A program made the translations under genes and the position numbers. A stretch of 64,000 nt of DNA, taken from positions 227,547 to 291,546 of the forward strand of contig NIVC01001170.1 in assembly GCA_002269645.1 (NCBI GenBank). The letters are read 5' to 3'. Shown here in pieces: positions 52,036-64,000 of this stretch; within the stretch, counting starts at the first letter, position 1, and each line of letters starts with the position of its first letter. The stretch is from Macrostomum lignano. Its lineage: Eukaryota. Below the pieces are notes generated by a model that worked only from the letters and a program-made list of their open reading frames with translations, did no database searches and was not told the origin of the DNA.

Positions 52036-55000
52036 AAATTCACTGTTGAACGAATATCTATCAATATTATCTCCTTCAAGCAAAAATCCATCAATTTAAT
52101 CAACAGACTCTGTTAAATTGGAGTGTATTAAAAAGGCTTTCTAATTGTCTGGCTTAAATATATGCAAAGAAAAGGATTCAGTGGTTAGGGTTAGGGTTAG
52201 AGCTGCACAGTGCTTCCTGTTGAAAGGCACCGATAATAAAAAAATTGAACCCATTGAACCAATTAATTGCGAAATCTATTTTTCAGTCATTCAGTATCAG
52301 TCTTAGTTAAAGTTAACAAAATGATTGCGCAATCTAAATCAACCCTCCAATACACAGCGGCAGTTAGAAGTTGAAGCCCCAAATTTATCTATTGCGTCTC
52401 GCAAAAATGAGTACAATCTTTGCAGAAAGTTAAAAGTATGGAAATCGTTTTTTGAATGCTGTGCTTTTAGTTTTCATACTTTAAGCAAACAACTTATATC
52501 AGCATTGAAAGATCTTTCCAGCAATTTAAGTCTCTTCTCTCAAAGTTCAAAACTTGAGGAACAGTTTGTTTGAAATTTCCCAGTTTAAAGCATTGAATTT
52601 TTGAGTGTACATTCACTGCCTGCTACAGTGAGAGGCTTGAAAGTTCATGCATTGAATTTCACTGTCCGCCAGTTAGCAAGGGTCCAAGTGTACACACGCA
52701 GCCACTTAGAACGCCCCCATCCCCCCACTGGAGAGAAAATGCACTGCCGAGATAGGAAAAAAGTTGTGGCGCAATCACTCAAAACTGATGCAAATTTTCA
52801 GTTCAGAGCAGAAAAAGTGGCCAAAGAAGGTTAAGAAAACAGTGTTTTGCTTTTTTAACGGACTTGACTTTTAATTTTTCAACATTAAAATAGCCTATTT
52901 GTTGCGTAGGAAAATTCTGAATTGATATATATAAGTCTCGCATTTGAGTTGGCAGCCGTCTAGGAGGAGATACGCGTTAAACCCGGCCGGTCGATCGATC
53001 CACTCAGCTTTAGATATAAAGGCCAACTCCTCCTCTGGAGGAGAAAGGGGAAGAATTCCCATCACCGGAACTCCATTCCCTGAAATGCCATTCCCTGAAT
53101 CCCATCATCCAACTCCTCTCCGCGAAACTGAACATCATCGAAATCCTCTCCGTAAAAGATAACTCCATCAAAAACCTCTCCGTGAAACTGACATTCATCA
53201 AAATCCTCTCCGAGAAACAGAAATCCTCTCCGTTAAACTGGACTTTATGGAAATCCTCTGCGTGAAACTGAAATCCATCAAAATCGTCTCCGCGAAACAG
53301 AAATTCTCTCCTTAAAACTGGACTGAATCGAAATTTTCTCCGTCAAAAAGAATCAACACTCAGGATTTAGTGGTTAGGGTTAGGGTTAGGGTTAGAGCTA
53401 CAACGCAGCAGCGTGTTGAAAGGCGCCGATAAAAAATTGAACCAATTAAATTCATTGAATGCGCAACCGATTTCACAGTCAGTCAGTATCAGTCTCGGTA
53501 AAAGTTAACAAAAAGATTGCGCAAACTAAATCAACCCTTCAATACACAGCGACTGACCCCCTTCCGCAGTCGCAATTAAAAGTTGAACCGCCCCTCCCCT
53601 CCCACCAACTGTTGGGGGGTTGGTCGAACCCCCATTGAACTCCAAAATGAGTACACTGCAGAAAGTTAAAAGTATGGAAATCGTTTTTTAAATGCTGTGC
53701 TTTTTGTTTTCACATTTAAAGCAAACAACTTATATCCTCGAAGTCTGCATTGAAAGATCTTTCCAGCAATATAAGTCTCTTCTCTCAGAGTTCAAAACTC
53801 GAGGAACAGTTGGCGTTTGAAATATCCCAATTTAAAGCATTGAACTATCGAGTGTACGCATGCGTGCACTGCCTGCTAAAAAGGCTTGCAAGTTTATTCA
53901 TTAAATTCCACTGCCGCCCCAGCACCCTCAACACAGAGGGGTTTGGTTAAGTTCTCAGTGCACACAGTTGTGGCGCAATCGCTAAAAATTGATGTCAACC
54001 GGCCCAGCTTACACTCCTTCAGCTGAAAGAATACACTGCACAGATAGGCCAGCTGTTGTGGCGCAATCATTGCAAATTACGCAAGATGGGCATATTCCCC
54101 TATTGTTCTACGATTTCTGCTTTTTTAGGGATCTTAAAATTTGAAAATAAAAAATTGAAATAGCCCACTGCCATCCTCGGAAAATTTGCAGTGTTCCCAT
54201 ATAAGTTTCAACGCTGACTTGCAAGTCGTCTAGGAGGAGATATGTATCACACAAACAGACAAACAACGCACCAACTTTAGTATTAAGATAGGAACTCCTC
54301 CTTCGGAGGAGAAATGGGAAGAACTCCCATCACCGGAATTCCATTCCCTGAAATATCCATCAACTGACATTCCATGTCTTGAACCCTATCTTCCAAATCG
54401 TCTCCAAATTCTTTACAAAACCTTTCAAAGACCATAGCTCAAAGACTCTCATGTTTCTCATATCTCCTCTCTCCTCTCTTCACTGATATCGTGACTCTCT
54501 TCTCTCTCCTCTCTCTCATCTCATCTCTACCCCTACTCCCTTATTTGTCTCTTCTCCCTCGTCTTTCGTCTGTACCCTCTTCTGTCTCCTTTCTCCTGTC
54601 TCTTATCTCTCCCTCTTCTCTCCTCTCCCGTATGTCATCTCTAATCTCTCCTCTCTCATATCTACTCTCTTTTCTCTCCCATTGGAAGAACTCCTATCAC
54701 CAGAATTCAATTCCCTGAACTTCATTAGCTGAATTCCATGACCCGAGTTCCATCATCCAAGTCCTCTCCGAAGACAAAAGATCCTCTCCGTGAAACTGGA
54801 CTCAATCGAAATTTACTTCGTCAGACAGAACTCAACTCTCAGGATTCAGTGGCTAGGGTTAGGGTTAGGGTTAGAGTTACACACAGCTGCGTGTTGAAAG
54901 GCACCAATAATAAAAAATTGAACTATTTAAAGCAACAGATTGAGCAATCGATTTCTCAGTCAGCCAGTATCAGTCTCAGTTCAAGTTAGCAAAATGATTG

Positions 55001-58000
55001 CGCAATTTAAATCAACCATCCAATACACAGCGACCGCCCCCCCTTCCAATACGCAGTGGCAAGTAGACGTTGAACCCCCCAACTTTATCTCTGACCTGTC
55101 GCAAAAATAAGTACAATCTTTGCAAAAGTATGGAAATCGTTTTTTGAATGCTGTATTTTTAGTTATTATCATATTTAAATCAAACAACTTATATCCCCGA
55201 ACTCAGCGCTGCAAGCTCTTTCCAGCAATAAAAGTCTCGTCTCTCAAAGTTCAAAAATCGAGCAACAGTTAGCGTTTGAAACTTTCTGATTTAAAGCATT
55301 GAAATATCGAGTGTACGTTCACTGCCTGCAGCAGAGGGAGGCTCGCAAGTTTATTCATTGAATTTAACTGTCCAAAACTACACAGGGCAGCCTATTGAAA
55401 ATCAGAACACAATTCGTTGCGCAATTGTCTATCTATACAATCAGCCAGTGAGCTAGGGTCCGATTGTACACACGCAGCCACTGAGAATGCGACCATCCCC
55501 CCACTGGAGAGAAAATACACTGTAGAGATAGGAGACAGTTGTGGCGCAATCACTCAAAATTCATGCAAATTTTCAGCTCCAAGCAGAAAGAGGGGACAAT
55601 TAAGATTATCAAAGGTCAAGATTCGAGTTTTCTGCTTTTTTGAGGATCTTAGAAATTAAAATTTCAGAATTAAAATAGCCTATAGCCGACCTCGGATAAT
55701 TTCCAATCTTCCCATATAAGTTTCAACGCTGAGTTGGCACTATTCAAGGAGGAGTTGTCGAAATGACAGACACACAGACATACAGACAAACAACACGTCA
55801 ACTTTAGTATATATAGAAGACAAACAACACGTCAACTTTAGTATATACGAGTGGAACTCCTCCTTCGGAGGAGAAAGGGGAAGAACTCCCATCACCGGAA
55901 TTCTATTCCCTGAATTATCCATCAACTGAAATTCCATGTCTTTAACCCTATCTTCCAAATCGTCTCCAAATTCTTTACAAAATCTTTCAAAGACCATAGC
56001 TCAAAGACTCTTACGTCTCTCATATCTACTCTCTCCTCTCTTCGCTATTATCGTGACTCGCTTCTCTCTCCTCTCTCTCATCTCATCTCTACCCCTACTC
56101 TCTTATTTATCTCTACTCCCTTATTTATCTCTTCTCCCTCGCCTTTCGTCTGTACCCTATCCTGTCTACTCTCCTATCTTCTATCTTATCTCTCCCCTTT
56201 TCTCTCCTCTCTCATATCTAATCTCTAATCACTTATCTATCGTCTCCGCTCTACTTTCTCTCTTCTTTTTTCTCTCTTCTCTCTGCTCTCATTTCTCGTA
56301 TCTCTTATACGCTCTCACCCTCTCCTTTCTTATCTCCCATCTTTCTTCCCTCCTTTCTACTGCATCACCTGTCTCCTCTCTTCTCTTTTCTCTCCTCTCC
56401 ATTCTCTCTTCTCTACTCTCATCTCCCCTCATCTCTTCTCTAATCTCTAATCTCTTCTCTCTCTTATTTTCTCACTCATCTCTTTTCTCATTGCATCTCT
56501 CATCTCTCCTCTCTCTCTCTCCTCTCATCTGTACTATCTTTTTTATCTCTTCTCCCAGGTCTTTCAAATTTACTCTCTCCTGTCTCCTCTCTCCCCTCGT
56601 CTTTCCTCTCTCATATCTCTTCTCTACTCACTTATATATTCTCTCTCCTCTGCTCCCCTTTTACACTTTCCTATATGCTCTCACTCTCACCCTCCCCTTT
56701 CTTATCTGCTGTTTTTACACTCCTTTCTACCACCTGTCTCCTCTCGTTTCTCTCCTCTCTGCACTCTCATCTTTACCCTCTTCTTTCTCCTCACTACTTT
56801 CTTCTCTTAAATCTCTGATCTCTGATCTTTCATCTCTCTCCTCTCACCTCTCACCTCTCTCCTCTCTTTCCTCTCTTCTATTGCCTCTGTACGCTCTTGT
56901 CCCTCCTTTCTTCTCCATCCTGTCTCCTCTCTGCAATCTCATATCTCCTCTCTCATATCCTCTCCCTTCATCTCCTCTCTCCTCTTCTCTTCTCTCTCCT
57001 TCGTTCCCGCCTTACTTTCCTCTTCTCTCCCATCTGTCATGTCTAATCTCTCCACTCATTTCTACTCTGTTTTCTATCATCTCATCTCTCTTCTCTTTTC
57101 ATTCTTCTCTTTACTCTCTTCTCTGACTGATTGAAGATGCCAAATCCATCAAGATCCTCTCCGCGAAGCAGAAATCCTGTCCGTGCAACTGAAAACCATC
57201 GAAATCCTCTCCGTGAAACTGGACTCCTTCGAAATCCTCTCCTTGAAACTTAAATCCATCAAAATCGTCTCCATAAAACAGAAATCAATCATAAATTATC
57301 TCCGCGAAACAGAAATCCTCTCCGTGAAGCTGAACATAATCGAAATCCTCTCCGTGAAACTGAACACCTTCGAAATCCTCTCCGTGAAACTGAACACCTT
57401 CGAAATCCTCTCCTTGAAACTTAAATCTATCAAAATCGTCTCCATAAAGCAGAAATCAATCATAAATTTAACTCCGCGAAACAGAAATCCTCTCCGTGAA
57501 GCTGAACATCATCAAAATCCTCTCCGTGAAACTGAGCACCATCGAAATCCTCTCCACGAAACAGAAATCCTCTTTGTCAAAATTAAAACATTGAAATCGT
57601 CTCCGCTAAACTGGACTCAATCAATTTTTTCCGTCAAACAACTCAACTCTCCGGATTCATTGGTTAGGGTTAGGGTTAGGGTTAGAACTACGCACAGCTT
57701 CGTGTTAAAAGGCACTGATAAACTATTGAACTAATTGAATCAATTCATTGCGCAACCGATTTCACAGTCAGTCAGTATCAGTCTCAGTTAAAGTTAACAA
57801 AAACATTGCGCAATCTAAATCAACCCTCCAATACAAAGCAACTGACCCCCTTCCTATACACAGCGCCAGTTGGAAGTCGAAACCCCCAACTTTATCTCTC
57901 ACCTCTCGCCAAAATGAGTACAATCTTTGCAGAAAGTTTAAAGTATGGAAATAGTTTTTGCAATGCAGAGCTTTTAGTTTTCATATTTGAAGCAAACAAT

Positions 58001-61000
58001 TTATATCCCTGAAATCAGCTTTGCAAGTTCTTTCCAGCAATATAAATTTTTTCTCTCAAAGTTAAAAACTCGAGCAACAGTTTGCGTTTGAAACTTTCTG
58101 ATTTAAAGCATTGAAATATCGATTGTACGTTCACTGCCTGCTAAAGAGGCCCGCAAGTTTATGCATTGAATTTCAACGTTCAACAAAATCACAGGGCTGC
58201 CTATTGAAAATTAGAACACAAATCTTTGCGCAATTGTCTATACAGTCAGCCAGTGAGCCAGGGTCCGATTGTACACAGGCAGCCATTTAGAACGCCCCAT
58301 CCCCCCACTGGAGAGAAAATACACTGCAGAGATAGGGAAAAGTTGTGGCGCAATCACTTGAAATTCATGCAAATTTTCAGCTCCAAGCAGAAAGAGGGGA
58401 CAATTAAGATTATCAAAGGTCAAGACCGCCGTTTTCTGCTTTTTTGAGGATTTTAGAAATTAAAATTTCAGAATTAAAATAGCCTATAGCCGACCTCGGA
58501 TAATTTCCAATCTTCCCATATAAGTTTCAACGCTGAGTTGCCACTATTCAAGGAGGAGTTGTCGAAATGACAGACAGACACACAGACAGACAGACAAACA
58601 ACGCGTCAACTTTAGTATATACGAGTGGAACTCCTCCTTCGGAGGAGAAAGGGGAAGAACTCCCATCACCGGAATTCTATTCCCTGAAATATCCATCAAC
58701 TGAAATTCCATGTCTTTAACCCTATCTTCCAAATCGTCTCCAAATTCTTTACAAAATCTTTCAAAGACCATAGCTCAAAGACTCTCAAGTCTCTCATATC
58801 TCCTCTCTCCTCTCTCTCATCTCATCTCTACCCCTGCTCCCTTATTTATCTCTTCTCCCTCGTCTTTCGTCTGTACCTTCTCCTGTCTTCTGTCTCCTCT
58901 CTTCACTCTTATCTCTCCCTCTTCTCTCCTCTCTCATATGTCATCTCTACTCACTTATCTATCGTCTCTCTTAACCCTCTCTCTCTCTCTCTTTCTCTTC
59001 TCTCTGCTCTCATTTCTCATATTTCATATACGCTCTGACACTACTTTCTTGTCTCCCATCTTTCTTCCTCCTTTTCACTATCCCCTGTCTCTTCTCTTCT
59101 CTCTTTTCTATTCTCTCCATTCTCTCTTTTCTCATTTCCTTGCTCCTTTCATCTCTCTCCTCTCTCCTCACTCTCTCCTCTCATCTTTACTACCTTATTT
59201 ATATCTTCTCCTAGTCTTTCGTCTGTACTCTCTCCTGTCTCCTCTCTCCCCTGCTCTCTCATCCCTCATCTCCTCATCTCACTCTTTCTTTCTCCTCTAC
59301 TCTCCCCTCTCTTATATTGCCTCTGTACGCTCTTATCCCTCATCTATTCTCTCTCCTATCATCTCCAATCTGTCATGTCTAATCTCTCCACTCAATTATA
59401 CTCTGTTTTCTATCATCTCTTCTCTCTTCTCTTTTCAGTCTTCTCTTTACTCTCTTCTCTGACTGATTGAAGATGCCAAATCCATCAAGATCCTCTCCGC
59501 GAAGCAAAAATCCTGTCTGTGCAACTAAAAACCATCGAAATCCTCTCAGTGAAACTGGACTCCTTCGAAATCCTCTCCTTGAAACTTAAATCCATCAAAA
59601 TTGTTTCCATAAAACAGAAATCAATCATAAATTATCTCCGCGAAACAGAAAGCCTCTCCGTGAAGCTGAACATGATCGAAATCCTCTCCGTGAAACTGAA
59701 CACCATGGAAATCCTTTCGTGAAACTGAACATCATCGAAATCCTCTCCACGAAACAGAAATCTTCTCCGTCAGAATTTAAACATTGAAATCGTCTCCGTT
59801 AAACTTGACTTAATCGAATTTTTTCCGTCAAACAACTAACTCGCCAGATTCATTAGGGTTAGGGTTAGGGTTAGGGTTAGGGTTAGAACTACGCACAGCT
59901 TCGTGTTAAAAGGCACAGATAAAAATATTGAACTAATTGAATCAATTCATTGCGCAACCGATTTCACAGTCAGTATCAGTCTCAGTTAAATTTAACCAAA
60001 AGATTGCGCAATTTAAATCAACCCTCCAGTACACAGAGACCGACCCCTTTTCAATACGCTGTGGCAGTTAGAAATTGAACCCCCATCTGTTGGGGGCATT
60101 GAACCAAAAAATGAGTACAATCTTTGCAGAAAGCTAAAAGTATGGAAATAGTTTTTTTGATGCTGCTCTTTTAGTCTTTATATTGAAAGCTAACAATTTA
60201 TATCCTCGAACTCAGCGTTGCAAGATCTTTTCAGCAGTATAAGTCTCTTCTCTTAAAGTTTAGAACTCGAAGAGCAGTTAGCGTTTGAAAGTTTCCGTTT
60301 TAAAGCATTAAAATATCGAGTGTACGTTCACTGCCTGCCAAAGAGGCTCGCAAGTTGATTCATTCACTACACAGGCCGGCTATTACACAGGCAGCGTATT
60401 GAAAGGCACAGATAATAAAACAAATTGATGGTGCAACCGATTTCACAGTCAGTCAGTATCAGTCTCAGTTAAAGTTAACAAAAACATTGCGCAATCTAAA
60501 TCAACCCTCCAATACACAGCAGCAGTGAGAAGTTGAACCCTCCCCCCAACTTTATCTATTACGTCTCGCAAAACTGAGCACAATTTTTGCAGAAAGTTAA
60601 AAGCATGGAAATAGTTTTTTCAATGCTGTGCTTTTTCTTTTATATTTAAAGCAAACAACTTATATCCCCGAACTCAGCGTTGCAAGATCTTTCCAGCAAT
60701 ATAAGTTTCTCCTCTGAAAGTTTAAAACTCGAGGAACAGTTAGCGTTTGAATTTACCAATTTCCCGACTACTTGCTAGAGAAGCTCGCAAGTTTATTCAT
60801 TGAATTTCACTGCCAAACTAATACACAGGGCCGATAATAAAAAATGAACCAATTGAATCAATTGATTGTGCAATATAATTCTGTGTTAGTCAGTATCAGT
60901 CTCAGTTAAAGTTAACAAACAGATTGCGCAATCTAAATCAACCCTCAAATACACACCGACCGACCTCCTAACTGTTGGGGGGTCGGTCGAACGCCATTGA

Positions 61001-64000
61001 AATCCTAAAATGAGTACAATCTTTGCAGAAAGTTTAAAGTATGGAAATAGTTTTTGCAATGCAGAGCTTTTAGTTTTCATATTAAAGCAAACAATTTATA
61101 TCCCTGAAATCAGCTTTGCAAGTTCTTTCCAGCAATATAAATTTTTTTCTCTCAAAGTTAAAAACTCGAGCAACAGTTTGCGTTTGAAACTTTCTGATTT
61201 AAAGCATTGAAATATCGATTGTACGTTCACTGCCTGCTAAAGAGGCCCGCAAGTTTATGCATTGAATTTCAAGGTTCAACAAATCACAGGGCTGCCTATT
61301 GAAAATTAGAACACAAATCTTTGCGCAATTGTCTATACAGTCAGCCAGTGAGCCAGGCGTCCAATGTACACGCAGCCATTTAGAACGCCCCATCCCCCAC
61401 TGGAGAGAAAATACACTGCAGAGATAGGGAAAAGTTGTGGCGCAATCACTTGAAATTCATGCAAATTTTCAGCTCCAAGCAGAAAGAGGGGACAATTAAG
61501 ATTATCAAAGGTCAAGACCGCCGTTTTCTGCTTTTTTGAGGATCTTAGAAATTAAAATTTCAGAATTAAAATAGCCTATAGCCGACCTCGGATAATTTCC
61601 AATCTTCCCATATAAGTTTCAACGCTGAGTTGGCACTATTCAAGGAGGAGTTGTCGAAATGACGACACACAGACAGACATACAGACAGACAAACAACGCG
61701 TCAACTTTAGTATATACGAGTGGAACTCCTCCTTCGGAGGAGAAAGGGGAAGAACTCCCATCACCGGAATTCTATTCCCTGAAATATCCATCAACTGAAA
61801 TTCCATGTCTTTAACCCTATCTTCCAAATCGTCTCCAAATTCTTTACAAAATCTTTCAAAGACCATAGCTCAAAGACTCTCAAGTCTCTCATATCTCCTC
61901 TCTCCTCTCTCTCATCTCATCTCTACCCCTGCTCCCTTATTTATCTCTTCTCCCTCGTCTTTCGTCTGTACCTTCTCCTGTCTTCTGTCTCCTCTCTTCA
62001 CTCTTATCTCTCCCTCTTCTCTCCTCTCTCATATGTCATCTCTACTCACTTATCTATCGTCTCTCTTAACCCTCTCTCTCTCTTTCTCTTTTCTCTTCTC
62101 TCTGCTCTCATTTCTCATATTTCATATACGCTCTGACACTACTTTCTTGTCTCCCATCTTTCTTCCTCCTTTTCACTATCCCCTGTCTCTTCTCTTCTCT
62201 CTTTTCTATTCTCTCCATTCTCTCTTTTCTCATTTCCTTGCTCTCCTTCCTCACTCTCTCTCTTTCCTTCTTCTCCTCTCTCTCCTCTCATCTTTACTAC
62301 CTTATTTATATCTTCTCCTTAGTCTTTCGTCTGTACTCTCTCCTGTCTCCTCTCTCCCCTGCTCTCTCATCCCTCATCTCCTCATCTCACTCTTTCTTTC
62401 TCCTCTACTCTCCCCTCTCTTATATTGCCTCTGTACGCTCTTATCCCTCATCTATTCTCTCTCCTATCATCTCCAATCTGTCATGTCTAATCTCTCCACT
62501 CAATTATACTCTGTTTTCTATCATCTCTTCTCTCTTCTCTTTTCAGTCTTCTCTTTACTCTCTTCTCTGACTGATTGAAGATGCCAAATCCATCAAGATC
62601 CTCTCCGCGAAGCAAAAATCCTGTCTGTGCAACTAAAAACCATCGAAATCCTCTCAGTGAAACTGGACTCCTTCGAAATCCTCTCCTTGAAACTTAAATC
62701 CATCAAAATTGTTTCCATAAAACAGAAATCAATCATAAATTATCTCCGCGAAACAGAAAGCCTCTCCGTGAAGCTGAACATGATCGAAATCCTCTCCGTG
62801 AAACTGAACACCATGGAAATCCTTTCGTGAAACTGAACATCATCGAAATCCTCTCCACGAAACAGAAATCTTCTCCGTCAGAATTTAAACATTGAAATCG
62901 TCTCCGTTAAACTTGACTTAATCGAATTTTTTCCGTCAAACAACTTAACTCGCCAGATTCATTAGGGTTAGGGTTAGGGTTAGGGTTAGGGTTAGAACTA
63001 CGCACAGCTTCGTGTTAAAAGGCACAGATAAAAATATTGAACTAATTGAATCAATTCATTGCGCAACCGATTTCACAGTCAGTATCAGTCTCAGTTAAAT
63101 TTAACCAAAAGATTGCGCAATTTAAATCAACCCTCCAGTACACAGAGACGACTCCTTTTCAATACGCTGTGGCAGTTAGAAATTGAACCCCATCTGGGGG
63201 GCATTGAACCAAAAAATGAGTACAATCTTTGCAGAAAGCTAAAAGTATGGAAATAGTTTTTTTGATGCTGCTCTTTTAGTCTTTATATTGAAAGCTAACA
63301 ATTTATATCCTCGAACTCAGCGTTGCAAGATCTTTTCAGCAGTATAAGTCTCTTCTCTTAAAGTTTAGAACTCGAAGAGCAGTTAGCGTTGAAAGTTTCC
63401 GTTTTAAAGCATTAAAATATCGAGTGTACGTTCACTGCCTGCCAAAGAGGCTCGCAAGTTGATTCATTCACTACACAGGCCGGCTATTACACAGGGCAGC
63501 GTATTGAAAGGCACAGATAATAAACAAATTGATGGTGCAACCGATTTCACAGTCAGTCAGTATCAGTCTCAGTTAAAGTTAACAAAAACATTGCGCAATC
63601 TAAATCAACCTCCAATACACAGCAGCAGTGAGAAGTTGAACCCTCCCCCCAACTTTATCTATTACGTCTCGCAAAACTGAGCACAATTTTTGCAGAAAGT
63701 TAAAAGCATGGAAATAGTTTTTCAATGCTGTGCTTTTTCTTTTTATATTTAAAGCCAAACAACTTATATCCCGAACTCAGCGTTGCAAGATCTTTCCAGC
63801 AATATAAGTTTCTCCTCTGAAAGTTTAAAACTCGAGGAACAGTTAGCGTTTGAATTACCAATTTCCCGACTACTTGCTAGAGAAGCTCGCAAGTTTATTC
63901 ATTGAATTTCACTGCCAAACTAATACACAGGGCCGATAATAAAAAATGAACCAATTGAATCAATTGATTGTGCAATATAATTCTGTGTTAGTCAGTATCA

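Larger units (their letters stand above)
44736..64000 (+). mobile_element. Head-to-tail array of at least nine non-autonomous Helentron/HINE(DINE-1)-like elements; unit starts near 44736, 47087, 49741, 51350, 53019, 54289, 55847, 58621, 61716
   Basis: Each unit runs: 5' hairpin CTCCTCC-NNN-GGAGGAG, internal tandem or CT-rich domain, TTAGGG x2-5, shared body, subterminal AGGAGGAG(TT), then (in most units) GACA/CAAA repeats and a TTTAGTAT(A/T)-type end. No transposase ORF. The class assignment is by structural analogy. Confidence 0.75.

Noticed and set aside
45032-62578. Leu/Ser-rich membrane-like ORFs (up to 396 aa)
   Set aside because: C/T-only tracts cannot form stop codons; apparent hydrophobicity is a composition artefact.

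Overview
Repeat-rich eukaryotic (invertebrate-type) DNA with GT-AG introns and TTAGGG repeats. The GGC-rich exons and minisatellite-filled introns are reminiscent of the flatworm Macrostomum, but that species call is an unverified inference. (1) 0.9-13.1 kb: a cluster of five small two-exon genes of an unrecognised family. Four near-identical 75-aa copies (three on -, one on +) and one diverged 90-aa paralog are interleaved with many micro/minisatellites and partly arranged as a large inverted duplication. (2) 13.4-26.3 kb: a tandem segmental duplication carrying two copies of a 287-aa multi-pass membrane protein gene, plus a tRNA-derived SINE, a frameshifted LTR-less Gypsy gag-pol fragment, a solo LTR-like insertion with a CATG target duplication, and a MITE. 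(3) 29.4-41.2 kb: a CARMIL (LRRC16) homologue. I could rebuild 12 phase-consistent exons (about 1200 aa: PH-like, LRR, helical, divergent CPI, Pro-rich tail), and most large introns hold their own tandem array. (4) 42.3-44.7 kb: MITE, CCCTAA tract and minisatellites. (5) 44.7-64 kb: at least nine head-to-tail non-autonomous elements with Helentron/HINE(DINE-1)-like termini, each carrying exactly one short TTAGGG tract. Most listed ORFs are translations of tandem repeats. All assignments come from reading the sequence by eye; no searches were run.
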